Position numbers and translations under genes: made by a program. The notes beneath the pieces are model-generated. The model saw nothing but the letters and a program-made list of their open reading frames with translations, had not been told where the DNA came from and ran no database searches. A stretch of 64,000 nucleotides of DNA from contig OZ176052.1 in the NCBI GenBank assembly GCA_964247055.1, forward strand, positions 13,206,001-13,270,000, given 5' to 3'. Position 1 is the stretch's first letter. The number at the start of each line of letters is the position of its first letter. This DNA is from Paragordius varius. Lineage: Eukaryota; Animalia; Nematomorpha. This document shows positions 52,501-64,000 of this stretch, in pieces.

Positions 52501-55500
52501 TTATTTTTTATACATTCTCTTAGCAAGACTACATCAAAATATAGAGATAGTTTGACAAACTCTTTCATATCCGATTTTTACAACGATACTTTAAAAATTA
52601 ATGTATTAAACTAGTCGCATCAATACTCAAGTTAAACTTTGTCCTTAAAAATCGGATATTGGTCACCGGTGAACAAAATAATTTTTTATACATTCTCTTA
52701 GTAAGACTACATCAAAATATAGAGATAGTTTGACAAACTCTTTCATATCCGATTTTTACAACGATACTTTAAAAATTATGGTATTAAACCAGTCGCATCA
52801 ATACTCAAGTTAAACTTTGTCCTTAAAAATCGGATATTGGTCACCGGTGAACAAAATTATTTTTTATACATTCTCTTAGTAAGACTACATCAAAATATAG
52901 AGATAGTTTGACAAACTCTTTCATATCCGATTTTTACAACGATACTTTAAAAATTATGGTATTAAACCAGTCGCATCAATACTCAAGTTAAACTTTGTCC
53001 TTAAAAATCGGATATTGGTCACCGGTGAACAAAATTATTTTTTATACATTCTCTTAGCAAGACTACATCAAAATAAAGAGATAGTTTGACAAACTCTTTC
53101 ATATCCGATTTTTACAACGATACTTTAAAAATTAATGTATTAAACTAGTCGCATCAATACTCAAGTTAAACTTTGTCCTTAAAAATCGGATATTGGTCAC
53201 CGGTGAACAAAATTATTTTTTATACATTCTCTTAGCAAGACTACATCAAAATATAGAGATAGTTTTACAAACTCTTTCATATCCGATTTTTACAACGATA
53301 CTTTATAAATTAATGTGTTAAACTAGTGGCATCAATACTCAAGTTAAACTTTGTCCTTAAAAATCGGATATTGGTCACCGGTGAACAAAATTATTTTTTA
53401 TACATTCTCTTAGCAAGACTACATCAAAATATAGAGATAGTTTTACAAACTCTTTCATATCCGATTTTTACACCGATACTTTAATATTAATGTATAAAAC
53501 TAGTCGCATCAATACTCAAGTTAAACTTTGTCCTTAAAAATCGGATATTGGTCACCGGTGAACAAAATTATTTTTTATACATTCTCTTAGCAAGACTACA
53601 TCAAAATAAAGAGATAGTTTGACAAACTCTTTCATATCCAATTTTTACAACGATACTTTATAAATTAATATATAAAACTAGTCGTATCAATAAGTCGCAT
53701 CAATACTCAAGTTAAACTTTGTCCTTAAAAATCGGATATTGGTCACCGGTGAACAAAATAATTTTTTATACATTCTCTTAGTAAGACTACATCAAAATAT
53801 AGAGATACTTTGACAAACTCTTTCATATCCGATTTTTACAACGATACTTTAAAAAATTATGGTATTAAACCAGTCGCATCAATACTCAAGTTAAACTTTG
53901 TCCTTAAAAATCGGATATTGGTCACCGGTGAACATAATTATTTTTTATACATTCTCTTAGTAAGACTACATCAAAATATATAATAGTTTGACAAACTCTT
54001 TCATATCCGATTTTTACAACGATACTTTAATATTAATGTATAAAACTAGTCGCATCAATACTCAAGTTAAACTTTATCCGTAAAAATCGGATATTGGTCA
54101 CCGGTGAACAAAATAATTTTTTATACATTCTCTTAGTAAGACTACATCAAAATATAGAGATAGTTTGACAAACTCTTTCATATCCAATTTTTACAACGAT
54201 ACTTTAAAAATTATGGTATTAAACCAGTCGCAATACTCAAGTTAAACTTTGTCCTTAAAAATCGGATATTGGTCACCGGTGAACAAAATTATTTTTTATA
54301 CATTCTCTTAGTAAGACTACATCAAAATATAGAGATAGTTTGACAAACTCTTTCATATCCGATTTTTAGAACGATACTTTAAAAATTATGGTATTAAACC
54401 AGTCGCATCAATACTCAAGTTAAACTTTGTCCTTAAAAATCGGATATTGGTCACCGATGAACAAAATTATTTTTTATACATTCTCTTAGCAAGACTACAT
54501 CAAAATATAGAGATAGTTTGACAAACTCTTTCATATCCGATTTTTACAACGATACTTTAAAAATTAATGTATTAAACTAGTCGCATCAATACTCAAGTTA
54601 AACTTTGTCCTTAAAAATCGGATATTGGTCACCGGTGAACAAAATAATTTTTTATACATTCTCTTAGTAAGACTACATCAAAATATAGAGATAGTTTGAC
54701 AAACTCTTTCATATCCGATTTTTACAACGATACTTTAAAAATTATGGTATTAAACCAGTCGCATCAATACTCAAGTTAAACTTTGTCCTTAAAAATCGGA
54801 TATTGGTCACCGGTGAACAAAATTATTTTTTATACATTCTCTTAGCAAGACTACATCAAAATAAAGAGATAGTTTGACAAACTCTTTCATATCCGATTTT
54901 TACAACGATACTTTAAAAATTAATGTATTAAACTAGTCGCATCAATACTCAAGTTAAACTTTGTCCTTAAAAATCGGATATTGGTCACCGGTGAACAAAA
55001 TTATTTTTTATACATTCTCTTAGCAAGACTACATCAAAATATAGAGATAGTTTTACAAACTCTTTCATATCCGATTTTTACAACGATACTTTATAAATTA
55101 ATGTGTTAAACTAGTGGCATCAATACTCAAGTTAAACTTTGTCCTTAAAAATCGGATATTGGTCACCGGTGAACAAAATTATTTTTTATACATTCTCTTA
55201 GTAATTACATCAAAATATAGAGATAGTTTGACAAACTCTTTCATATCCGATTTTTACAACGATACTTTAAAAATTACTGTATTAAACTAGTCGCATCAAT
55301 ACTCAAGTTAAACTTTGTCCTTAAAAATCGGATATTGGTCACCGGTGAACAAAATAATTTTTTATACATTCTCTTAGTAAGACTACATCAAAATATAGAG
55401 ATAGTTTGACAAACTCTTTCATATCCGAATTTTACAACGATACTTTAAAAATTAATGTATTAAACTAGTCGCATAACACTCAAGTTAAACTTTGTCCTTA

Positions 55501-58500
55501 AAAATCGGATATTGGTCACCGGTGAACAAAATTATTTTTTATACATTCTCTTAGCAAGACTACATCATAATATAGAGATAGTTTGACAAACTCTTTCATA
55601 TCCGATTTTTACAACGATACTTTATAAATTAATGTATAAAACTAGTCGCATCAATACTCAAGTTAAACTTTGTCCTAAAAAATCGGATATTGGTCACCGG
55701 TGAACAAAATAATTTTTTATACATTCTCTTAGTAAGACTACATCAAAATATAGAGATAGTTTGACAAACTCTTTCATATCCGATTTTTACAACGATACTT
55801 TAAAAATTATGGTATTAAACCAGTCGCATCAATACTCAAGTTAAACTTTGTCCTTAAAAATCGGATATTGGTCACCGGTGAACAAAATTATTTTTTATAA
55901 ATTCTCTTAGCAAGACTACATCAAAATATAGAGATAGTTTGACAAACTCTTTCATATCCGATTTTACAACGATACTTTAAAAATTAATGTATTAAACTAG
56001 TCGCATCAATACTCAAGTTAAACTTTGTCCTTAAAAATCGGATATTGGTCACCGGTGAACATAATTTATTTTTTATACATTCTCTTAGTAAGACTACATC
56101 AAAATATATAATAGTTTGACAAACTCTTTCATATCCGATTTTTACAACGATACTTTAATATTAATGTATAAAACTAGTCGCATCAATACTCAAGTTAAAC
56201 TTTATCCGTAAAAATCGGATATTGGTCACCGGTGAACAAAATTATTTTTTATACATTCTCTTAGTAAGACTACATCAAAATATAGAGATAGTTTGACAAA
56301 CTCTTTCATATCCAATTTTTACAACGATACTTTAAAAATTATGGTATTAAACCAGTCGCATCAATACTCAAGTTAAACTTTGTCCTTAAAAATCGGATAT
56401 TGGTCACCGGTGAACAAAATTATTTTTTATACATTCTCTTAGTAAGACTACATCAAAATATAGAGATAGTTTGACAAACTCTTTCATATCCGATTTTTAG
56501 AACGATACTTTAAAAATTATGGTATTAAACCAGTCGCATCAATACTCAAGTTAAACTTTGTCCTTAAAAATCGGATATTGGTCACCGGTGAACAAAATTA
56601 TTTTTTATACATTCTCTTAGCAAGACTACATCAAAATATAGAGATAGTTTGACAAACTCTTTCATATCCGATTTTTACAACGATACTTTAAAAATTAATG
56701 TATTAAACTAGTCGCATCAATACTCAAGTTAAACTTTGTCCTTAAAAATCGGATATTGGTCACCGGTGAACAAAATTATTTTTTATACATTCTCTCAGCA
56801 AGACTACATCAAAATATAGAGATAGTTTGACAAACTCTTTCATATCCGATTTTTACAACGATACTTTAAAAATTAATGTATTAAACTACTCGCATCAATA
56901 CTCAAGTTAAACTTTGTCCTTAAAAATCGGATATTGGTCACCGGTGAACAAAATTATTTTTTATACATTCTCTTAGCAAGACTACATCAAAATATAGAGA
57001 TAGTTTGACAAACTCTTTCATATCCGATTTTTACAACGATACTTTAAAAATTAATGTATTAAACTACTCGCATCAATACTCAAGTTAAACTTTGTCCTTA
57101 AAAATCGGATATTGGTCACCGGTGAACAAAATTATTTTTTATATATTCTCTTAGCAAGACTACATCAAAATATAGAGATAGTTTGACAAACTCTTTCATA
57201 TCCGATTTTTACAACGATACTTTAAAAATTATGGTATTAAACTACTCGCATCAATACTCAAATTAAACTTTGTCCTTAAAAATCGGATATTGGTCACCGG
57301 TGAACAAAATTATTTTTTATACATTCTCTTAGTAAGACTACATCAAAATATAGAGATAGTTTGACAAACTCTTTCATATCCGATTTTTAGAACGATACTT
57401 TAAAAATTATGGTATTAAACCAGTCGCATCAATACTCAAGTTAAACTTTGTCCTTAAAAATCGGATATTGGTCACCGGTGAACAAAATAATTTTTTATAC
57501 ATTCTCTTAGTAAGACTACATCAAAATATAGAGATAGTTTGACAAACTCTTTCATATCCGAATTTTACAACGATACTTTAAAAATTAATGTATTAAACTA
57601 GTCGCATCAATACTCAAGTTAAACTTTGTCCTTAAAAATCGGATATTGGTCACCGGTGAACAAAATTATTTTTTATACATTCTCTTAGCAAGACTACATC
57701 ATAATATAGAGATAGTTTGCAAACTCTTTCATATCCGATTTTTACAACGATACTTTATAAATTAATGTATAAAACTAGTCGCATCAATACTCAAGTTAAA
57801 CTTTGTCCTTAAAAATCGGATATTGGTCACCGGTGAACAAAATAATTTTTTATACATTCTCTTAGTAAGACTACATCAAAATATAGAGATAGTTTGACAA
57901 ACTCTTTCATATCCGATTTTTACAACGATACTTTAAAAATTATGGTATTAAACCAGTCGCATCAATACTCAAGTTAAACTTTGTCCTTAAAAATCGGATA
58001 TTGGTCACCGGTGAACAAAATTATTTTTTATACATTCTCTTAGCAAGACTACATCAAAATATAGAGATAGTTTGACAAACTCTTTCATATCCGATTTTTA
58101 CAACGATACTTTAAAAATTAATGTATTAAACTAGTCGCATCAATACTCAAGTTAAACTTTGTCCTTAAAAATCGGATATTGGTCACCGGTGAACAAAATA
58201 ATTTTTTATGCATTCTCTTAGTAAGACTACATCAAAATATAGAGATAGTTTGACAAACTCTTTCATATCCGATTTTTACAACGATACTTTAAAAATTATG
58301 GTATTAAACCAGTCGCATCAATACTCAAGTTAAACTTTGTCCTTAAAAATCGGATATTGGTCACCGGTGAACAAAATTATTTTTTATACATTCTCTTAGC
58401 AAGACTACATCAAAATATAGAGATAGTTTGACAAACTCTTTCATATCCGATTTTTGCAACGATACTTTAAAAATTAATGTATAAAACTAGTCATATCAAT

Positions 58501-59534
58501 AAATCGCATCAATACTCAAGTTAAACTATATCCTTAAAAATCGGATATTGGTCACCGGTGAACAAAATTATTTTTTATACATTCTCTTAGCAAGACTACA
58601 TCAAAATATAGAGATAGTTTGACAAACTCTTTCATATCCGATTTTTACAACGATACTTTAAAAATTAATGTATTAAACTAGTCGCATCAATACTCAAGTT
58701 AAACTTTGTCCTTAAAAATCGGATATTGGTCACCGGTGAACAAAATAATTTTTTATACATTCTCTTAGTAAGACTACATCAAAATATAGAGATAGTTTGA
58801 CAAACTCTTTCATATCCGATTTTAACAACGATACTTTAAAAATTATGGTATTAAACCAGTCGCATCAATACTCAAGTTAAACTTTGTCCTTAAAAATCGG
58901 ATATTGGTCACCGGTGAACAAAATTATTTTTTATACATTCTCTTAGTAATTACATCAAAATATAGAGATAGTTTGACAAACTCTTTCATATCCGATTTTT
59001 ACAACGATACTTTAAAAATTACTGTATTAAACTAGTCGCATCAATACTCAAGTTAAACTTTGTCCTTAAAAATCGGATATTGGTCACCGGTGAACAAAAT
59101 AATTTTTTATACATTCTCTTAGTAAGACTACATCAAAATATAGAGATAGTTTGACAAACTCTTTCATATCCGAATTTTACAACGATACTTTAAAAATTAA
59201 TGTATTAAACTAGTCGCATCAATACTCAAGTTAAACTTTGTCCTTAAAAATCGGATATTGGTCACCGGTGAACAAAATTATTTTTTATACATTCTCTTAG
59301 TAATTACATCAAAATATAGAGATAGTTTGACAAACACTTTCATATCCGATTTTTACAACGATACTTTAAAAATTATGGTATTAAACCAGTCGCATCAATA
59401 CTCAAGTTAAACTTTGTCCTTAAAAATCGGATATTGGTCACCGGTGAACAAAATTATTTTTTATACATTCTCTTAGCAAGACTACATCAAAATATAGAGA
59501 TAGTTTGACAAACTCTTTCATATCCGATTTTTAC
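49551..59534. repeat. Satellite sub-domain VI: near-uniform short monomers, often alternating as a 356-bp dimer
   Basis: TGTATTAAACTAG/AATAATT monomers alternate with TATGGTATTAAACCAG/AGCAAG monomers (e.g. 50083, 50261, 50439, 50617). Only three long monomers were seen (51683, 53649, 58458). Confidence 0.82.
51506..55257. repeat. 11-mer higher-order repeat (1966 bp) followed by a 10-mer copy
   Basis: Starts at 51506 and 53472 (CACCGAT marker). TCCGTAAAA at 52111 and 54077. ATATATAATAG, GTCGCAATAC and CCGATGAAC are shared. 1966 = 11x178 + 13 + 1 - 6. Confidence 0.9.
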
Positions 59535-62500
59535 AACGATACTTTAAAAATTAATGTATTAAACTAGTCGCATCAATACTCAAGTTAAACTTTGTCCTTA
59601 AAAATTGGATATTGGTCACCGGTGAACAAAATTATTTTTTATATATTCTCTTAGCAAGACTACATCAAAATATAGATATAGTTTGACAAACTCTTTCATA
59701 TCCGATTTTTACAACGATACTTTAAAAATTAATGTATAAAACTAGTCGTATCAATAAATCGCATCAATACTTAAGTTAAACTTTGTCCTTAAAAATCGGA
59801 TATTGGTCACCGGTGAACAAAATTATTTTTTATACATTCTCTTAGTAGGACTACATCAAAATATAGAGATAGTTTAGCAAACTCTTTCATATCCGATTTT
59901 TACAACGATACTTTAAAAATTAATGTATAAAACTAGTCGCATCAATACTCAAGTTAAACTTTGTCCTTAAAAATTGAATATTGGTCACCGGTGAACAAAA
60001 TTATTTTTTATACATTCTCTTAGTAAGACTACATCAAAATATAGAGATAGTTTGAAACTCTTTCATATCCGATTTTTACAACGATACTTTAAAAATTAAT
60101 GTGTTAAACTAGTCGCATCAATACTCAAGTTAAACTTTGTCCTTAAAAATCGAATATTGGTCACCGGTGAACAAAATTATTTTTTATACATTCTCTTAGT
60201 AAGACTACATCAAAATATAGAGATAGTTTGACAAACTCTTTTATATTCGATTTTTACAACGATACTTTAAAAATTAATGTATAAAACTAGTCGCATCAAT
60301 ACTCAAGTTAAACTTTATCCGTAATAATCGGATATTGGTCACCGGTGAACAAAATAATTTTTTATACATTCTCTTAGTAAGACTACATCAAAATATAGAG
60401 ATAGTTTGACAAACTCTTTCATATCCAATTTTTACAACGATACTTTAAAAATTATGGTATTAAACCAGTCGCATCAATACTCAAGTTAAACTTTGTCCTT
60501 AAAAATCGGATATTGGTCACCGGTGAACATAATTATTTTTTATACATTCTCTTAGTCAGACTACATCAAAATATATAATAGTTTGACAAACTCTTTCATA
60601 TCTGATTTTTACAACGATACTTTAAAAATTAATGTATAAAACTAGTCGCATCAATACTCAAGTTAAACTTTATCCTTAAAAATTGGATATTGGTCACCGG
60701 TGAACAAAATTATTTTTTATACATTCTCTTAGTAAGACTACATCAAAATATAGAGATAGTTTGAAACTCTTTCATATCCGATTTTTACAACGATACTTTA
60801 AAAATTAATGTGTTAAACTAGTCGCATCAATACTCAATTTAAACTTTGTCCTTAAAAATCGGATATTGGTCACCGGTGAACAAAATAATTTTTTATGCAT
60901 TCTCTTAGTAAGACTACATCAAAATATAGAGATAGTTTGACAAACTCTTTCATATCCGATTTTTACAACGATACTTTAAAAATTATGGTATTAAACCAGT
61001 CGCATCAATACTCAAGTTAAACTTTGTCCTTAAAAATCGGATATTGGTCACCGGTGAACAAAATTATTTTTTATACATTCTCTTAGCAAGACTACATCAA
61101 AATATAGAGATAGTTTGACAAACTCTTTCATATCCGATTTTTGCAACGATACTTTAAAAATTAATGTATAAAACTAGTCATATCAATAAATCGCATCAAT
61201 ACTCAAGTTAAACTATATCCTTAAAAATCGGATATTGGTCACCGGTGAACAAAATTATTTTTTATACATTCTCTTAGCAAGACTACATCAAAATATAGAG
61301 ATAGTTTGACAAACTCTTTCATATCCGATTTTTACAACGATACTTTAAAAATTAATGTATTAAACTAGTCGCATCAATACTCAAGTTAAACTTTGTCCTT
61401 AAAAATCGGATATTGGTCACCGGTGAACAAAATAATTTTTTATACATTCTCTTAGTAAGACTACATCAAAATATAGAGATAGTTTGACAAACTCTTTCAT
61501 ATCCGATTTTTACAACGATACTTTAAAAATTATGGTATTAAACCAGTCGCATCAATACTCAAGTTAAACTTTGTCCTTAAAAATCGGATATTGGTCACCG
61601 GTGAACAAAATTATTTTTTATACATTCTCTTAGTAATTACATCAAAATATAGAGATAGTTTGACAAACTCTTTCATATCCGATTTTTACAACGATACTTT
61701 AAAAATTACTGTATTAAACTAGTCGCATCAATACTCAAGTTAAACTTTGTCCTTAAAAATCGGATATTGGTCACCGGTGAACAAAATAATTTTTTATACA
61801 TTCTCTTAGTAAGACTACATCAAAATATAGAGATAGTTTGACAAACTCTTTCATATCCGAATTTTACAACGATACTTTAAAAATTAATGTATTAAACTAG
61901 TCGCATCAATACTCAAGTTAAACTTTGTCCTTAAAAATCGGATATTGGTCACCGGTGAACAAAATTATTTTTTATACATTCTCTTAGTAATTACATCAAA
62001 ATATAGAGATAGTTTGACAAACTCTTTCATATCCGATTTTTACAACGATACTTTAAAAATTATGGTATTAAACCAGTCGCATCAATACTCAAGTTAAACT
62101 TTGTCCTTAAAAATCGGATATTGGTCACCGGTGAACAAAATTATTTTTTATACATTCTCTTAGCAAGACTACATCAAAATATAGAGATAGTTTGACAAAC
62201 TCTTTCATATCCGATTTTTACAACGATACTTTAAAAATTAATGTATTAAACTAGTCGCATCAATACTCAAGTTAAACTTTGTCCTTAAAAATTGGATATT
62301 GGTCACCGGTGAACAAAATAATTTTTTATATATTCTTAGCAAGACTACATCAAAATATAGATATAGTTTGACAAACTCTTTCATATCCGATTTTTACAAC
62401 GATACTTTAAAAATTAATGTATAAAACTAGTCGTATCAATAAATCGCATCAATACTTAAGTTAAACTTTGTCCTTAAAAATCGGATATTGGTCACCGGTG

Positions 62501-63475
62501 AACAAAATTATTTTTTATACATTCTCTTAGTAGGACTACATCAAAATATAGAGATAGTTTAGCAAACTCTTTCATATCCGATTTTTACAACGATACTTTA
62601 AAAATTAATGTATAAAACTAGTCGCATCAATACTCAAGTTAAACTTTGTCCTTAAAAATTGAATATTGGTCACCGGTGAACAAAATTATTTTTTATACAT
62701 TCTCTTAGTAAGACTACATCAAAATATAGAGATAGTTTGAAACTCTTTCATATCCGATTTTTACAACGATACTTTAAAAATTGATGTGTTAAACTAGTCG
62801 CATCAATACTCAAGTTAAACTTTGTCCTTAAAAATCGAATATTGGTCACCGGTGAACAAAATTATTTTTTATACATTCTCTTAGTAAGACTACATCAAAA
62901 TATAGAGATAGTTTGACAAACTCTTTTATATTCGATTTTTACAACGATACTTTAAAAATTAATGTATAAAACTAGTCGCATCAATACTCAAGTTAAACTT
63001 TATCCGTAATAATCGGATATTGGTCACCGGTGAACAAAATAATTTTTTATACATTCTCTTAGTAAGACTACATCAAAATATAGAGATAGTTTGACAAACT
63101 CTTTCATATCCAATTTTTACAACGATACTTTAAAAATTATGGTATTAAACCAGTCGCATCAATACTCAAGTTAAACTTTGTCCTTAAAAATCGGATATTG
63201 GTCACCGGTGAACATAATTATTTTTTATACATTCTCTTAGTCAGACTACATCAAAATATATAATAGTTTGACAAACTCTTTCATATCTGATTTTTACAAC
63301 GATACTTTAAAAATTAATGTATAAAACTAGTCGCATCAATACTCAAGTTAAACTTTATCCTTAAAAATTGGATATTGGTCACCGGTGAACAAAATAATTT
63401 TTTATACATTCTCTTAGTAAGACTACATCAAAATTTAGAGATAGTTTGACAAACTCTTTCATATCCGATTTTTAC
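58102..63475. repeat. 15-mer higher-order repeat (about 2687 bp), two tandem copies
   Basis: Starts at 58102 and 60789. Markers TTATGCATT, TTTTGCAAC (58458/61145), GTCATATC+ACTATATCC, AGTAATTAC, TTAGCAAAC, TTTGAAACTC and CCGTAATAAT appear in the same order. 2687 = 15x178 + 26 - 9. Confidence 0.9.
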
Positions 63476-64000
63476 AACGATACTTTAAAAATTATGGTAT
63501 TAAACTAGTCGCATCAATACTCAAATTTAACTTTGTCCTTAAAAATCGGATATTGGTCACCGGTGAACAAAATTATTTTTTATATATTCTCTTAGCAAGA
63601 CTACATCAAAATATAGAGATAGTTTGACAAACTCTTTCATACCGATTTTTACAACGATACTTTAAAAATTAATGTATAAAACTAGTCGTATCAATAAATC
63701 GCATCAATACTCAAGTTAAACTTTGTCCTTAAAAATCGGATATTGGTCACCGGTGAACAAAATTATTTTTTATACATTCTCTTAGTAGGACTACATCAAA
63801 ATATAGAGATAGTTTAGCAAACTCTTTCATATCCGATTTTTAAAACGATACTTTAAAAATTAATATAAAACTAGTCGCATCAATACTCAAGTTAAACTTT
63901 GTCCTTAAAAATCGAATATTGGTCACCGGTGAACAAAATTATTTTTTATACATTCTCTTAGTAAGACTACATCAAAATATAGAGATAGTTTGAAACTCTT

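Larger units (their letters stand above)
1..64000. repeat. Tandem satellite DNA array, 178-bp monomer (191-bp and 169-177-bp variants), about 350 head-to-tail copies, running off both window ends
   Basis: The anchor AACGATACT/AACCATACT recurs at 1, 192, 370, 561, 739, 917, 1108 and onward to 63844, spaced 178 or 191 bp apart apart from small indels. No non-repeat sequence or orientation switch was seen. The consensus is about 27.5% GC. Confidence 0.99.

Noticed and set aside
1-64000. CRISPR array
   Set aside because: The sequence between the palindromic motifs is the same repeated sequence, not unique spacers. The period is 178 bp and there are no cas genes.
1-64000. Tandem-repeat protein gene or phase-variable coding repeat
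   Set aside because: 178 and 191 are not multiples of three, and the ORF track reports no ORF longer than 67 aa in any of the six frames.
1-64000. Telomeric repeats, rRNA/tRNA/5S arrays, or an intact transposon
   Set aside because: There are no short telomere motifs, no recognisable structural RNA sequence or A/B boxes, and no unique interrupting segment or transposase ORF.

Overview
The whole 64-kb window is one uninterrupted, head-to-tail, AT-rich tandem satellite array of roughly 350 monomers, all in the same orientation. The basic monomer is 178 bp (49/178 G+C, about 27.5%, counted by hand on the consensus AACGATACTTTAAAAATTAATGTATAAAACTAGTCGCATCAATACTCAAGTTAAACTTTGTCCTTAAAAATCGGATATTGGTCACCGGTGAACAAAATTATTTTTTATACATTCTCTTAGTAAGACTACATCAAAATATAGAGATAGTTTGACAAACTCTTTCATATCCGATTTTTAC). 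A 191-bp variant carries an internal 13-bp tandem duplication, and several small-deletion variants are 169-177 bp. I see no genes, RNA genes, CRISPR spacers, transposon insertions or inversions, and both supplied ORFs are read-throughs of mutated monomers. This looks like eukaryotic heterochromatic or centromeric-type satellite DNA, but I cannot assign a species or named family. Two things stand out. First, each monomer is a degenerate palindrome: a perfect 14-bp inverted repeat with palindromic cores on both symmetry axes. Second, the array is layered: about seven variant-defined domains, many local higher-order repeats (2- to 15-mers, period offsets checked arithmetically against monomer lengths and indels), and one old monomer order that recurs from 6 kb to 63 kb. 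All coordinates come from manual reading.
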